From positions 152,272-216,271 of the forward strand of contig CAMAZP010000001.1 in assembly GCA_945863605.1 (NCBI GenBank): 64,000 nt of DNA, in the 5' to 3' direction. The notes under the pieces were generated by a model that saw only the letters and a list, made by a program, of their open reading frames with translations, was not told the origin of the DNA and made no database searches. Below, one piece after another: positions 1 to 9,925 of the stretch. Source of the stretch: Chitinophaga pinensis (GTDB lineage Bacteria > Bacteroidota > Bacteroidia > Flavobacteriales_D > Crocinitomicaceae). The stretch's first letter is position 1. The number at the start of each line of letters is the position of its first letter. Position numbers and translations under genes: made by a program.

Positions 1-1
1 A

Positions 2-808
2 GGTGGAAAAGCAATTGATGCCGTTGAAAAAGGAGTTCGAGTAACTGAAAATGATTTGACCAATCGAAGCGTTGGAATTGGTGGACGACCAGACAGAGAT
101 GGACATGTGACATTAGATGCTTGCATTATGGACGAACAATCGCGTTGTGGTTCAGTGGCATTTTTAGAAGGAATTAAACATCCTATTTCAGTCGCGAGAG
201 CAGTAATGGAAAAAACGCAACACGTGATGTTGGTAGGAGAAGGAGCGCACAAATTTGCCGTTGAAAACGGATTTGAAACAGCCAAAACGCCTTTGCCTCA
301 AGTGAAAAAAGAATGGCAAGAATGGAAAAAAGAAAACAAGGATTTATTTAAAAAGCCAGAAATCAATCACGAAAATCACGACACAATAGGGATGATTGCG
401 ATGGATGCAAATGGCGATTTTAGTGGCGCATGTACAACGAGTGGGTGGGCCTATAAATTGCACGGTCGTGTTGGGGATTCGCCAATCATCGGTGCAGGAT
501 TATTTATTGACAATGAAGTTGGTGCAGCCACCGCCACAGGTCTTGGAGAAGCAATCATTCGAATTGCGGGAAGTCATACAGTAGTTGAATTGATGCGTCA
601 CGGATATACACCGATGGAAGCTTGCAAAGAAGCTGTAAATCGAATTATCAAAAAACACAAAGATTTAACGGGTTTACAATGTTGTTTTTTAGCAATTGAC
701 AAACAAGGAAACGTAGGTTCTTACTCTGTTTACAATGGATTTAATTATGCTTTAAGAACAAACACCGAAGAAAAAATGGTTGATGCAGGTTTTGATAGAA
801 GTTGGTAA
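2..808 (+). CDS. Glycosylasparaginase / isoaspartyl peptidase (Ntn-hydrolase asparaginase_2 family), 5' end outside the window
   Basis: The frame is open from the window edge. It has the autoproteolysis-site motif HDTIGMIAMD and the GDSPIIGAGLF motif typical of N4-(beta-N-acetylglucosaminyl)-L-asparaginase. Confidence 0.85.
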   Translation, partial: GGKAIDAVEKGVRVTENDLTNRSVGIGGRPDRDGHVTLDACIMDEQSRCGSVAFLEGIKHPISVARAVMEKTQHVMLVGEGAHKFAVENGFETAKTPLPQVKKEWQEWKKENKDLFKKPEINHENHDTIGMIAMDANGDFSGACTTSGWAYKLHGRVGDSPIIGAGLFIDNEVGAATATGLGEAIIRIAGSHTVVELMRHGYTPMEACKEAVNRIIKKHKDLTGLQCCFLAIDKQGNVGSYSVYNGFNYALRTNTEEKMVDAGFDRSW

Positions 809-821
809 ATTCTATAGAAAT

Positions 822-2531
822 TTAGTTTAACTTTTCATAAACGGGCAATCGCATAAAGGTTTGTTCAAAGTAAGGACTGTTCGAGTAAATAAAATACAAT
901 TGCTCCCATTCCGAGTTTCTAAAATTTGCATCAGAATCTTTTTTAACCATGAATTTTGCTTTTAATTCTGGATTTGCCTTTAGGATTTCCGCGACTTGGT
1001 CTATGAAAACGTAGTTTGAAAAATACTCTTTTTGTTGCAGATAGGAATCATAAAAATTCCAAGATAAGTAGGAATCTTCGGCTTTTGATTGCAAGACAGA
1101 ATGTATAAAAAAAGCTCCTTGTTGTTTACTTGGAATTAAAATATCGCCTTTCTTTAATTTTATATCAACTTTTTTCTGTTTGATTTGAATTTCACGGTGC
1201 TTGAAATGACCTTCATAAGGTTTTGAATTACTCTTGTAATCCGCCACAACTGAAACAGTTAGTTCCATCAGACTGTCTTTGGCCAGGGTTTGAAATTGAA
1301 TAGTGTTTGCTTTTAATCTGAGAATTGTTTCCTTTTCTTGTGCTCCAACAACATAAAATTCAGGAACTACAACTGAATCTTTTGCTATCGAATGACAAAA
1401 GTTGGGTATGAATCGCTCATAAGGTTTACTTCTGTCATAAAATAAACGTTTCAAATTTGTAGTTTCATTAATTGGAAAACTATGTTCAAAACCTTTGAAA
1501 AGCACCGAGTCTTTTTGCTCAGAAATGGTGTAATTGAACTTGAAATAATTCATATTTTGTTCCCATTTTCTTGCTGATTTTCTGCTCAACTCAATTGCTT
1601 TTTTGTTTTCAAAAGTCCATTTTGTGAGTTCTTCCATAAATTGCTTTGTTACTTGTACGCGTTCAGGAAAAGGTTTTAGCATGTGTGTTTCAACCGTAAA
1701 ACTCAAGCTATGAAACAAAGAAGCATAACCCATGGCATAACGAGGTAAATCATTGAATGCAACAATTCCTTCAGCGGGTGTTTCTCCTTTTAGTTCAACA
1801 TAAGGAAACAAATCTGTTCCTCTTTTTTTAAGTTGCGATTTTAATTCTGGAATCAGTTTTTCATAAGTAAGTGTTTGAATTGAGGGAGCTAATCTTGCCT
1901 TCAGTGAGGAAATGTAAGTCAAAGTGTATTGGTAATCTGCTCCATTCGAAACGTGATTATCTACAAAAACATCAGGATCTAAACTGTGAAAAATTCGAGC
2001 AAAAGTGAAAGTGTTTTCTGCATCCATTTTAATAAAATCGCGATTTAAGTCAAAGTTTCGTGAATTTCCTCGAAAACCATATTCTTCGGGGCCGTTTTGA
2101 TTCGCACGACTTGTTGCTGAACGATTCATCATTCCACCAACATTATAAGCAGGAATGAATGCAATAACTGGTAAATCTTTCGTTTTTTTGCCAGTGTTAA
2201 TCCACTCTTCTAACCAAAGAAGCATCGCATTTACTCCGTCTGGTTCCCCAGGATGAATTGCATTATTGATTAAGATTGTTGTTTCATTTTTAGCTTTTGC
2301 AAATGTTTTGGTAGAGTCGCCAGCACCGTTTACAATACAAACATAAATTGGTAAACCATAATCGGAATTCCCCATATTATAAAGCTCTATTTCCTTATTT
2401 TTTGAAGCTAATTTTTTAAGTAATAAATGTAGGTCTTCATAAGTTGGACTTACATTTCCTGACCATTTTGACTGAGAAATTAATTGAAAAGCACTTATTA
2501 GCAAAATAAATAAAAAAGATGTTTTTTTCAT
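822..2531 (-). CDS. Secreted M14-family zinc carboxypeptidase
   Basis: Signal peptide MKKTSFLFILLISAFQLISQ. HPGEPDG (HxxE zinc ligands) and NRDF motifs of peptidase M14. Confidence 0.8.
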   Translation of the reverse strand: MKKTSFLFILLISAFQLISQSKWSGNVSPTYEDLHLLLKKLASKNKEIELYNMGNSDYGLPIYVCIVNGAGDSTKTFAKAKNETTILINNAIHPGEPDGVNAMLLWLEEWINTGKKTKDLPVIAFIPAYNVGGMMNRSATSRANQNGPEEYGFRGNSRNFDLNRDFIKMDAENTFTFARIFHSLDPDVFVDNHVSNGADYQYTLTYISSLKARLAPSIQTLTYEKLIPELKSQLKKRGTDLFPYVELKGETPAEGIVAFNDLPRYAMGYASLFHSLSFTVETHMLKPFPERVQVTKQFMEELTKWTFENKKAIELSRKSARKWEQNMNYFKFNYTISEQKDSVLFKGFEHSFPINETTNLKRLFYDRSKPYERFIPNFCHSIAKDSVVVPEFYVVGAQEKETILRLKANTIQFQTLAKDSLMELTVSVVADYKSNSKPYEGHFKHREIQIKQKKVDIKLKKGDILIPSKQQGAFFIHSVLQSKAEDSYLSWNFYDSYLQQKEYFSNYVFIDQVAEILKANPELKAKFMVKKDSDANFRNSEWEQLYFIYSNSPYFEQTFMRLPVYEKLN

Positions 2532-2761
2532 TTAGTGAAATTAATAAAATAGAATTGTAAAACTAATTTATTTTACTTGTGCTGTGTAGTTTAAATAAGC
2601 AGAATTTTATCAACTTAAATATTTTAGAAATAATCTATATTTAATTTACTTTCAATAGTTTTACAGTCCCAAAATGAGGTTGTAATAACTAAGTAATGAT
2701 ACATTAGTTTTTTAAGATTTCAATATAACTAAATGCGTGTTTGTTCATAAATATTGAAACA

Positions 2762-3406
2762 ATGGATTTTTTAAAAAAAGAAATAGATAATTACGTTTCT
2801 TTTCATTCGGATGAAGAGAGTGAATTATTAAAAAGAATTAACCGCGAAACGCATTTGGAGGTTTTGCAACCAAGGATGTTGAGTGGGCATTTTCAAGGGA
2901 GAGTTCTAAGTTTGTTTTCAAAGATGATTCAACCAAACAGTATTTTAGAAATAGGTACATTTACAGGTTACTCAGCATTATGTTTAGCAGAAGGTTTGAA
3001 CAAAAACGGTAAATTGATTACGATTGATGTCAATGAAGAATTGGAATCGCGAGTGAGAAATTATTTTCAAAGTTCTGAATTTGAAGAACAGATTGATTAT
3101 AGAATTGGAGATGCAATGAAAATTATTCCAGAATTGAATGAGCAATTTGATTTTGTTTTTATCGATGCAGATAAATTAAATTATATCAATTACTACAATT
3201 TAGTTTTTCCTAAAGTTAATGTAGGAGGGTATATAATTGCTGATAATGTTTTGTGGTCGGGGAAAGTTGCAGATGAAAATAAAAAAGATAAAGATACAGA
3301 ATTGTTACGTGAGTATAATTTATTGATTCACAAAGATGAACGAGTAGAAAATATATTGTTTCCAATTCGTGACGGTCTAATGATTGCTCGAAAAATCAAA
3401 AATTAA
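2762..3406 (+). CDS. Class I SAM-dependent O-methyltransferase (family 3, caffeoyl-CoA OMT / YrrM-like)
   Basis: SAM-binding EIGTFTGYSAL and the DFVFIDADK motif. I prefer the ATG at 2762 over the TTG at 2741 used in the ORF track. Confidence 0.8.
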   Translation: MDFLKKEIDNYVSFHSDEESELLKRINRETHLEVLQPRMLSGHFQGRVLSLFSKMIQPNSILEIGTFTGYSALCLAEGLNKNGKLITIDVNEELESRVRNYFQSSEFEEQIDYRIGDAMKIIPELNEQFDFVFIDADKLNYINYYNLVFPKVNVGGYIIADNVLWSGKVADENKKDKDTELLREYNLLIHKDERVENILFPIRDGLMIARKIKN

Positions 3407-4071
3407 TGAAAAGAGAACTACGAGAGACGGCAGATGGATCAATGACAATTTATATTCCAGAATTGGAGGAGCATTATCATTCCTATCATGGTGCGATTCA
3501 AGAAGCAAATCATGTTTTTATAGTGAATGGAATACAACGCTTTCAGACAAAAGATACAATTTCAGTATTCGAATTAGGCCTTGGAACAGGATTAAATGCT
3601 CTTCTTACAGCAATTTGGGCAGAAAAAAATAAACAAAAAGTCAATTATTTTGGACTTGAAGCATTTCCTGTAGAACAAAAATTGAATTTTGAATTGAAAT
3701 ATGATAGTCTAATTACTGATAAAAAGTGTGATGTGATTTTTTCAAAAATTATTTTAGCTCCTTGGAATGAAAAAACAGAAATAACCTCCACTTTTAGTTT
3801 ATACAAATACCAATCTAAGATCCAAACTCTTCAGCTAGATCAAAAATTTGATATAATTTACTATGATGCTTTTGGTCCACGTGCGCAAGAGGAAATGTGG
3901 AATTTTGAGATAATAAAAAAAGTTATAGCGATGTTAAATCCTGATGGACTTTTTGTAACATACTGTGCAAAAGGTCAATTAAGAAGAGATTTAAAAACTT
4001 TAGGATTAGCTGTTGAAATAATTCCTGGTCCACCTGGAAAAAGAGAAATGACTACAGCATGGAATATTTAA
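3406..4071 (+). CDS. mnmD: tRNA 5-methylaminomethyl-2-thiouridine methyltransferase (stand-alone MnmC-type methyltransferase domain, MnmD)
   Basis: N-terminal TADGSMTIY..EHYHSYHGA, GLGTGLN SAM loop and YYDAFGP motif. TAATG stop/start overlap with the upstream methyltransferase gene. Confidence 0.75.
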   Translation: MKRELRETADGSMTIYIPELEEHYHSYHGAIQEANHVFIVNGIQRFQTKDTISVFELGLGTGLNALLTAIWAEKNKQKVNYFGLEAFPVEQKLNFELKYDSLITDKKCDVIFSKIILAPWNEKTEITSTFSLYKYQSKIQTLQLDQKFDIIYYDAFGPRAQEEMWNFEIIKKVIAMLNPDGLFVTYCAKGQLRRDLKTLGLAVEIIPGPPGKREMTTAWNI

Positions 4072-4189
4072 CATAAGTTTAATACCCAGTAATTAAGTTT
4101 ATTTGGTTATTAATCCTAATTTTGCATACAATAATTACATTTCATAGTTGTAATTTTGAGATTTATAGCTTTAGTATGGTTTAGCAGGA

Positions 4190-4221
4190 AGAGGAACAAG
4201 TTACGATTTGTTCCTCTTTTT
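4190..4221 (+). terminator. Rho-independent terminator, plus-strand orientation
   Basis: Perfect 10-bp stem AGAGGAACAA / TTGTTCCTCT with an 8-nt loop, followed by TTTT. It has no T-tail in the minus orientation. Confidence 0.7.
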
Positions 4222-4226
4222 GCTTT

Positions 4227-4871
4227 CTATTGATCCCAAATTTCTTTACAGATTATTTTTAATTCATTTAAAATCAAAGCTGTTGCCCCCCAAATTGTTT
4301 TATCTTGAATGACGAAGCAAGGAATATTTGGTATTGTTAATTCATTATTTACTTTTATTGTTGAGGACTTTTTATTTTTCTCATCTATTAATTCAGTAAT
4401 TGAAATAGAAAGGATTTCATTAACTTCTCGAATATTTTTTTCTAATGGAGGTAACTTTTCATGAAAGAATACAAAGGGTTTAACATTAAATTTTGATACT
4501 GGAATATTTACCTCAGTTAATTCACCGATCAAAGTTCCAGAATTCAATGGAATTGTCACCTCTTCAAAGCTTTCCCTCCTTGCTGTGTGTTCAAACGATT
4601 CATCTTCTGGGTCTACTTTCCCACCTGGAAATGCAATTTGTTTGCTATGAGTTCCTTCGTATTCCGAACGTTCAATAAGTAAAATTGAAAAATCATTACT
4701 TGATTCATTACTTGGATAAATATGAATAGCGACAGCCGACTTTCTAAAATTTAAAAAATCTTCAGCATTGTGTTTGATAAATCGCAATGGATAAAAAGCA
4801 ACATGAGCATCCAATCCAGGAAGGCTGTTATTGATTTTTTCTTGAAGTGCTAAAATTTTAGTATTGTTCAA
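4227..4871 (-). CDS. NUDIX hydrolase (CoA pyrophosphatase-like)
   Basis: Nudix box GGKVDPEDESFEHTARRESFEEV. Confidence 0.75.
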   Translation of the reverse strand: MNNTKILALQEKINNSLPGLDAHVAFYPLRFIKHNAEDFLNFRKSAVAIHIYPSNESSNDFSILLIERSEYEGTHSKQIAFPGGKVDPEDESFEHTARRESFEEVTIPLNSGTLIGELTEVNIPVSKFNVKPFVFFHEKLPPLEKNIREVNEILSISITELIDEKNKKSSTIKVNNELTIPNIPCFVIQDKTIWGATALILNELKIICKEIWDQ

Positions 4872-4873
4872 AA

Positions 4874-5482
4874 CTATTTTGCTGAATTAACAATTTTGAA
4901 AAAATCATCTTGTAAGTATTTCATATTTTCAGACTTCCCAATCAATTGAAAAACATAAAATGAATTTTTGATTTTTTTTGTGGCAATAAAGTAAGTCTTT
5001 GAGTAATCAGTATCCCATTTATACTGTCGCACATAATTTTGAATTATCACCTGTGATAAACAAATTTTACTTATTCTTTTTAATTCAGAAGTTCGAAATC
5101 CTTCAATATTTGATTGAGATAAAGAATTCTGTATACTTCTGATATAATTTTTTTGAATGGCATTCAGATTAGTTTTCTCATTATTCACGTTTTTTAAAAT
5201 AGTTGCTGTGGTGTCTGTAAATTTTTCAATACTGAAATAAAGTGATAGAGAAGAAATACTCTTTTGCTGCGATGAATACTTATCTATAGTATAATTTGAT
5301 TCAAGTTCTTTTTCAAATTTTGCAGGAAGAAGATAGGTAATATCAATAAAATCTGTTATTCTCCATTTTTTGAAATCCATATTATTTGATTGCAACTCTA
5401 AAACATCACTACTTGTAGAATTTTGATTCGGACAGGCAACTGTAAGGGGTAAAAGAAGAAGAAACAGATAAATTATACGCAT
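4874..5482 (-). CDS. Hypothetical lipoprotein
   Basis: Long ORF with signal peptide and lipobox-like MRIIYLFLLLLPLTVAC. I prefer the ATG at 5482 over the TTG at 5491. No recognisable domain. Confidence 0.5.
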   Translation of the reverse strand: MRIIYLFLLLLPLTVACPNQNSTSSDVLELQSNNMDFKKWRITDFIDITYLLPAKFEKELESNYTIDKYSSQQKSISSLSLYFSIEKFTDTTATILKNVNNEKTNLNAIQKNYIRSIQNSLSQSNIEGFRTSELKRISKICLSQVIIQNYVRQYKWDTDYSKTYFIATKKIKNSFYVFQLIGKSENMKYLQDDFFKIVNSAK

Positions 5483-5595
5483 TATCTCCAAAAATAACTA
5501 AAAAAATAATTATCCGATATTTTTATCTATAATTAAACAATATTTAAAATTTTATACCAAAATAGAGGGGGTCATCTAAAAAATAGTATAAATAA

Positions 5596-5628
5596 TTTGG
5601 GTACACCCCTCTAAAAAATGTACTTTTG
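5596..5628 (+). promoter_or_regulatory. Candidate Bacteroidota-type promoter of the glutamine synthetase gene
   Basis: TTTG (5596-5599), a 21-nt spacer, then TACTTTTG (5621-5628) matching the -33 TTTG / -7 TAnnTTTG consensus. It lies 20 nt upstream of the ATG at 5648. Confidence 0.45.
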
Positions 5629-5647
5629 TAAAAAAAAATCAATAAAA

Positions 5648-7834
5648 ATGGCAACAAAAAGATTAAAAGCTTATCAAGATGTACTAAATAGAGAACCTAA
5701 ACACATCGATTATGCTGGTAAATTATCTGAATTATTTGGTGTGAATGTTTTTCATATTGATGTTATGAGAGAATTTCTCCCTTCTGACACTTACAAATCT
5801 ATGGTTGAATCTATTCAAAATGGTACGCGTTTGGATCGAAAAAATGCAGATCAAGTTGCTTCTGCAATGAAAGAGTGGTCGATTTCAAAAGGTGCAACTC
5901 ATTACACTCATTGGTTTCAGCCTTTAACCGGAGCAACTGCAGAAAAACATGATGCATTTTTAAAACCAATAGGTCCTGGAAAAGCTATTGAAAGATTTGA
6001 TGGAGATATGTTAGTTCAGCAAGAACCTGATGCATCATCATTTCCAAATGGTGGTATTCGTAATACTTTTGAAGCAAGAGGTTATACTGCTTGGGATCCA
6101 TCTTCACCAGCGTTTGTAATTGGCAAAACACTTTGTATTCCAACAATTTTTATTTCATACACCGGTGAATCATTGGATTTTAAAATGCCACTTTTAAAAG
6201 CTTTACATGCAGTTGATAAAGCTGCGGTTGAAGTTTGCCAGTACTTTGATAAAAATGTAACTAAAGTTAATGCGACATTGGGTTGGGAACAAGAGTATTT
6301 TTTGATTGACCAAGCTTTATTCAATGCTCGTCCTGATATATTAATGACAGGAAGAGCTTTGTTTGGACATGCGCCTGCAAAAGGTCAACAATTAGAAGAT
6401 CATTATTTTGGTTCAATTCCTGAGCGTGTAACTGAATTCATGCGAGAGTTTGAAATCGAGTCATTGAAATTAGGAATTCCTGTTACAACTCGCCACAATG
6501 AAGTTGCACCAAATCAATTTGAATGTGCGCCAATTTTTGAAGAATGTAACCTTGCAAATGACCATAACTTATTGTTGATGGATTTGATGGAAAAAATTGC
6601 TCGTAAACATAACTTTAGAATTTTGTTCCACGAGAAACCATTCGCTGGTGTTAACGGTTCAGGAAAACATAACAATTGGTCATTAAGTACAAATACAGGT
6701 GTAAATTTATTAGCACCAGGTAAAAATCCAAAGTCAAATTTACAGTTCTTAACATTTTTCGTAAATACAATCAATGCTATTTACGATAATGCTGATTTGT
6801 TAAGAGCTGCAATTGCTTCAGCAGGAAATGATCATCGTTTAGGTGCAAATGAAGCTCCTCCTGCAATTATTTCAGCATTTATTGGAACTCAACTTTCAGC
6901 TTTATTAGACGATTTAGAGCAAAATGTAAAAGCTGGAAAAATGACTCCTCAAGACAAAACAGAGTTGAAGTTAAACATTGGTAAAATTCCTCAAATTTTG
7001 TTGGATAATACTGATAGAAATAGAACTTCACCATTCGCATTTACTGGAAATAAATTTGAATTTAGAGCTGTTGGTTCTTCTGCAAATTGTAGTTCTGCAA
7101 TGATAGTTTTAAATACTATTATGGCAAAACAATTGAAAGAATTCAAAAAATCAGTAGATGCTCGTATTGAGAAAGGTGAATCAAAAGATGAGGCAATTTT
7201 GAAAGAACTTCAAGTTTTAATCAAGCGCTCAAAAAAAATCCGTTTTGAAGGAAATGGTTATGGTGATGAATGGGTTGTTGAAGCTGAAAAAAGAGGCCTT
7301 TCAAATCACAAAGATACTCCACGGGCATTGAAAATTTGGGATGACAAGAAAGTTGCAGATTTATTTGAAGAAATGAATGTACTTTCTGCAAGAGAGTTAG
7401 AGGCAAGAAAAGAAATTGAGTTTGAAAACTACGTGTTGAAAATTCAAATCGAATCGCGTTTAATGGGTGACATGACTCAAAACTATTTTATCCCTGCGGC
7501 AACTGAGTATCAAAATAAATTAATTCAAAATATTCAAGGTTTAATTTCAATTTTCGGTGAGAAAGCAGGAAAACAAAATGGGAAAGCTATTATCGAATTG
7601 ATAGAAGAGATTTCTGGTCATATAAATGCGATGAAAACGGCTTCTGATGCGATGTTAGAAGAACGTAAATCAGCTAATAAACACGAGCACGCTGAAGCAA
7701 AAGCACTTGCTTACTGTGATAAAGTAAAACCTTATTTTGATGAAATTCGTTACAATGCTGACAAACTAGAATTGTTAGTTGATGACGAATTATGGCCATT
7801 ACCTAAATTTAGAGAAATGTTATTTACGAGATAA
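5648..7834 (+). CDS. glnN: Glutamine synthetase type III
   Basis: About 728 aa, the GSIII size class. The N-terminal region KLSELFGVNVF..MREFLP is GSIII-like, and the catalytic-core motifs NEVAPNQFE and NGSGKHNNWS are present. The ATG at 5648 is preferred because the 5618 start sits inside the predicted promoter. Confidence 0.9.
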   Translation: MATKRLKAYQDVLNREPKHIDYAGKLSELFGVNVFHIDVMREFLPSDTYKSMVESIQNGTRLDRKNADQVASAMKEWSISKGATHYTHWFQPLTGATAEKHDAFLKPIGPGKAIERFDGDMLVQQEPDASSFPNGGIRNTFEARGYTAWDPSSPAFVIGKTLCIPTIFISYTGESLDFKMPLLKALHAVDKAAVEVCQYFDKNVTKVNATLGWEQEYFLIDQALFNARPDILMTGRALFGHAPAKGQQLEDHYFGSIPERVTEFMREFEIESLKLGIPVTTRHNEVAPNQFECAPIFEECNLANDHNLLLMDLMEKIARKHNFRILFHEKPFAGVNGSGKHNNWSLSTNTGVNLLAPGKNPKSNLQFLTFFVNTINAIYDNADLLRAAIASAGNDHRLGANEAPPAIISAFIGTQLSALLDDLEQNVKAGKMTPQDKTELKLNIGKIPQILLDNTDRNRTSPFAFTGNKFEFRAVGSSANCSSAMIVLNTIMAKQLKEFKKSVDARIEKGESKDEAILKELQVLIKRSKKIRFEGNGYGDEWVVEAEKRGLSNHKDTPRALKIWDDKKVADLFEEMNVLSARELEARKEIEFENYVLKIQIESRLMGDMTQNYFIPAATEYQNKLIQNIQGLISIFGEKAGKQNGKAIIELIEEISGHINAMKTASDAMLEERKSANKHEHAEAKALAYCDKVKPYFDEIRYNADKLELLVDDELWPLPKFREMLFTR

Positions 7835-7858
7835 ACTTTCTACCATAAATAATTAAAA

Positions 7859-7891
7859 CGTGTGTTAAGCAATTAACACGCGTTTTTTTTT
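7859..7891 (+). terminator. Rho-independent terminator after glnN, possibly bidirectional
   Basis: Stem CGTGTGTTAA / TTAACACGCG (10 bp, one G-U pair), loop GCAA, then nine T. An AAAA run upstream gives a weak tail for the convergent minus-strand gene. Confidence 0.75.
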
Positions 7892-7892
7892 A

Positions 7893-9137
7893 TTAAAAAC
7901 TTGAGAAAAGGACAAGTTTTAATATTTCATGATAAACATTTTTGTTTTCCTTCAAAGGAATTAATATCTCATATGAAGCGTTATTGACCTTTTTAAACGT
8001 GACCTTTTTTGTAGTTCGTAAAAGTTTTTTTGTAGAATTAAAAATTGGTATTACTTCAATTAGCATTCCTTTCCAACCTGCATTTTCAAGTTTTGTAAGA
8101 AGGTTTAAGTCTCCAGATAATTTTATTGGATTATTACTTTTCACAATCGATGGAGTATTGTTTTGTGAACTTAAATATATTGTCTTATGATTAATTTGTG
8201 AAAAATAAAGATTTTCACTTCCTAATTTTACAGTGTTATTATCAATGACATAATTAACATTCAACTGTTTCAACAAGTTTGACATTAAAGAATCAACCTT
8301 TGTTTTTTGATTAAAAGTTAATAATAAATCTATTTTTGGAATTCCAATAATCGAATCATTATCTGAAAACTTAAAACCATAGTAGTTTAAAGAAATGTGT
8401 CTTATTTTTTCAAATGGAAAATTTAGTAAGGGTAGAAATGGAACTTTTTTTAGTTGTTCCTTTACTTCAATACCTTTCTTAACTGGTAATGAAAAATGAA
8501 AACCTTGATCTTTCAGTAAAATATGTTTTTTTGATTGATTATGATTTAAAGCGATTTTAATTTGTTTTTGTTGAATGGAAATGGTACTTGATTGTGTTAA
8601 TTTTTTATTTTCAAAATTGAAAATTGAAATATCTCTTTTTAATTTTATTAAAAAATTAAATGATTTTAAAAATTCTTTTTTTATTAATAGAGTATTCTTT
8701 TTAGAATTATCAATTAAGAAAAACTTTTCATTTTCCGTTTCAAAAAAAGGAATTGAAAATTCACCCTCTATTCCTTTTTTAGTAGATTTAATACGGATAA
8801 TTGAAAAAATATCTTTACCAATGCAGATAGTTATTAATTCAAGTGGTGCTGTAAAGTCTATATTTAGATCAGAAGCAGAAAAATCATTGTCAACTTGATT
8901 TTTAGTAATTGAGTTAATTTTTTCAAAAACTAGTTGGTCTTTAACTACAAAAATTTCATTGTAAATAATTTTTTTTAGTAATTGAAAACTTTCGATTCTA
9001 GTATATTGAACTGTATTTATTGGGAGTGAAATCGAAGTTTCTTGATTTTCTGAAGGCTTCTTTTGAGTTATTGAATTAATTGCAAATAGAATTAATCCAA
9101 AAATTACAAAAACACTTATTTCTTTTACTTTATTCAT
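7893..9137 (-). CDS. Hypothetical membrane-anchored protein (K/N/I-rich)
   Basis: Long ORF. I prefer the internal start MNKVKEISVFVIFGLILFAINS, which has an N-terminal hydrophobic anchor and avoids overlap with the divergent acyltransferase gene. No recognisable domain. Confidence 0.5.
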   Translation of the reverse strand: MNKVKEISVFVIFGLILFAINSITQKKPSENQETSISLPINTVQYTRIESFQLLKKIIYNEIFVVKDQLVFEKINSITKNQVDNDFSASDLNIDFTAPLELITICIGKDIFSIIRIKSTKKGIEGEFSIPFFETENEKFFLIDNSKKNTLLIKKEFLKSFNFLIKLKRDISIFNFENKKLTQSSTISIQQKQIKIALNHNQSKKHILLKDQGFHFSLPVKKGIEVKEQLKKVPFLPLLNFPFEKIRHISLNYYGFKFSDNDSIIGIPKIDLLLTFNQKTKVDSLMSNLLKQLNVNYVIDNNTVKLGSENLYFSQINHKTIYLSSQNNTPSIVKSNNPIKLSGDLNLLTKLENAGWKGMLIEVIPIFNSTKKLLRTTKKVTFKKVNNASYEILIPLKENKNVYHEILKLVLFSSF

Positions 9138-9181
9138 TGTAAAGTAAAGGTACATCAAAGTTGAATTGATTACTTTTGAAT

Positions 9182-9724
9182 ATGAAAAAAAATATCGCGA
9201 GATTTCTTTTCCGAATTTTTGGATGGAAAATTGATGAAAGAGGTCCTGAAGTGCCCAAAGCTGTAATTGTTGTTGGACCACACACTTCTAATTGGGATTT
9301 TATTATTGGTAGATTGTCTTTTGTATTGTTTGGTTTAAAAGGTAGATATTTAATGAAAAAAGAGCTTTTTTTCCCTCCTTTGGGGTGGTTTTTAAAGTGG
9401 ATTGGAGCAATTCCAGTAGATCGAAATAGAAAAAATAATCTTACTGAAGATGTTGCTAAATTATTTAATGAAACAAGTTCTTTGTACATAGTATTTTCAC
9501 CTGAAGGTACTAGAAGTTATAATCCCAATTGGAAAAAGGGATTCTATTACATAGCTCAAAACGCAAATGTTCCGATTTATATTTGTTACATGGATTACAA
9601 AACAAAAACTGGTGGTTTTCATTCATTATTATATCCTACAGGTGATGTGGATAAAGATATTGATTACATTAAAAGTATAATGAAAAATTATCAGGGACGT
9701 TTTCCAGAAAAAGGTGTTCGGTAA
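9182..9724 (+). CDS. 1-acyl-sn-glycerol-3-phosphate acyltransferase family protein (PlsC-like)
   Basis: HTSNWDF (HX4D acyltransferase motif) and SPEGTR motif. Confidence 0.75.
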   Translation: MKKNIARFLFRIFGWKIDERGPEVPKAVIVVGPHTSNWDFIIGRLSFVLFGLKGRYLMKKELFFPPLGWFLKWIGAIPVDRNRKNNLTEDVAKLFNETSSLYIVFSPEGTRSYNPNWKKGFYYIAQNANVPIYICYMDYKTKTGGFHSLLYPTGDVDKDIDYIKSIMKNYQGRFPEKGVR

Positions 9725-9919
9725 TTATTTTTTTGGTTTATTAATTAAATTTGTTTTGTTATCAAAACCGTAAGGACAGTGTTTACAACCACTTTTACAA
9801 CAATACCCCCTTTTTAAATGGTATTTCTCTGTAAAAATAATATAGCCATCTTCATTAAGGTAAAAATCATCGTTGTCTAAATTAGAGCGTTTTGAAAAAG
9901 AGGAAAATTCATCACTCAT
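9725..9919 (-). CDS. Small cysteine-rich protein (DUF5522-like)
   Basis: 64 aa with the CCKSGCKHCPY cluster. It fills exactly the gap between its two neighbours. Confidence 0.55.
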   Translation of the reverse strand: MSDEFSSFSKRSNLDNDDFYLNEDGYIIFTEKYHLKRGYCCKSGCKHCPYGFDNKTNLINKPKK

Positions 9920-9925
9920 AATTTT

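Noticed and set aside
3384-3632. 82-aa plus-strand ORF overlapping the methyltransferase/mnmD junction.
   Set aside because: It is out of frame with two well-supported CDSs and has no motifs.
5618-5647. Upstream extensions of ORF-track starts: glnN at 5618, the giant gene at 22308, the regulator at 43647, the ABM gene at 57064, the 7893 gene at 9281, and the TTG starts at 2741, 9176, 13755 and 5491.
   Set aside because: Internal ATG starts give proper signal peptides or family-typical N-termini. They also remove overlaps with neighbouring genes or with the predicted promoter. The extensions encode non-conserved-looking peptides.
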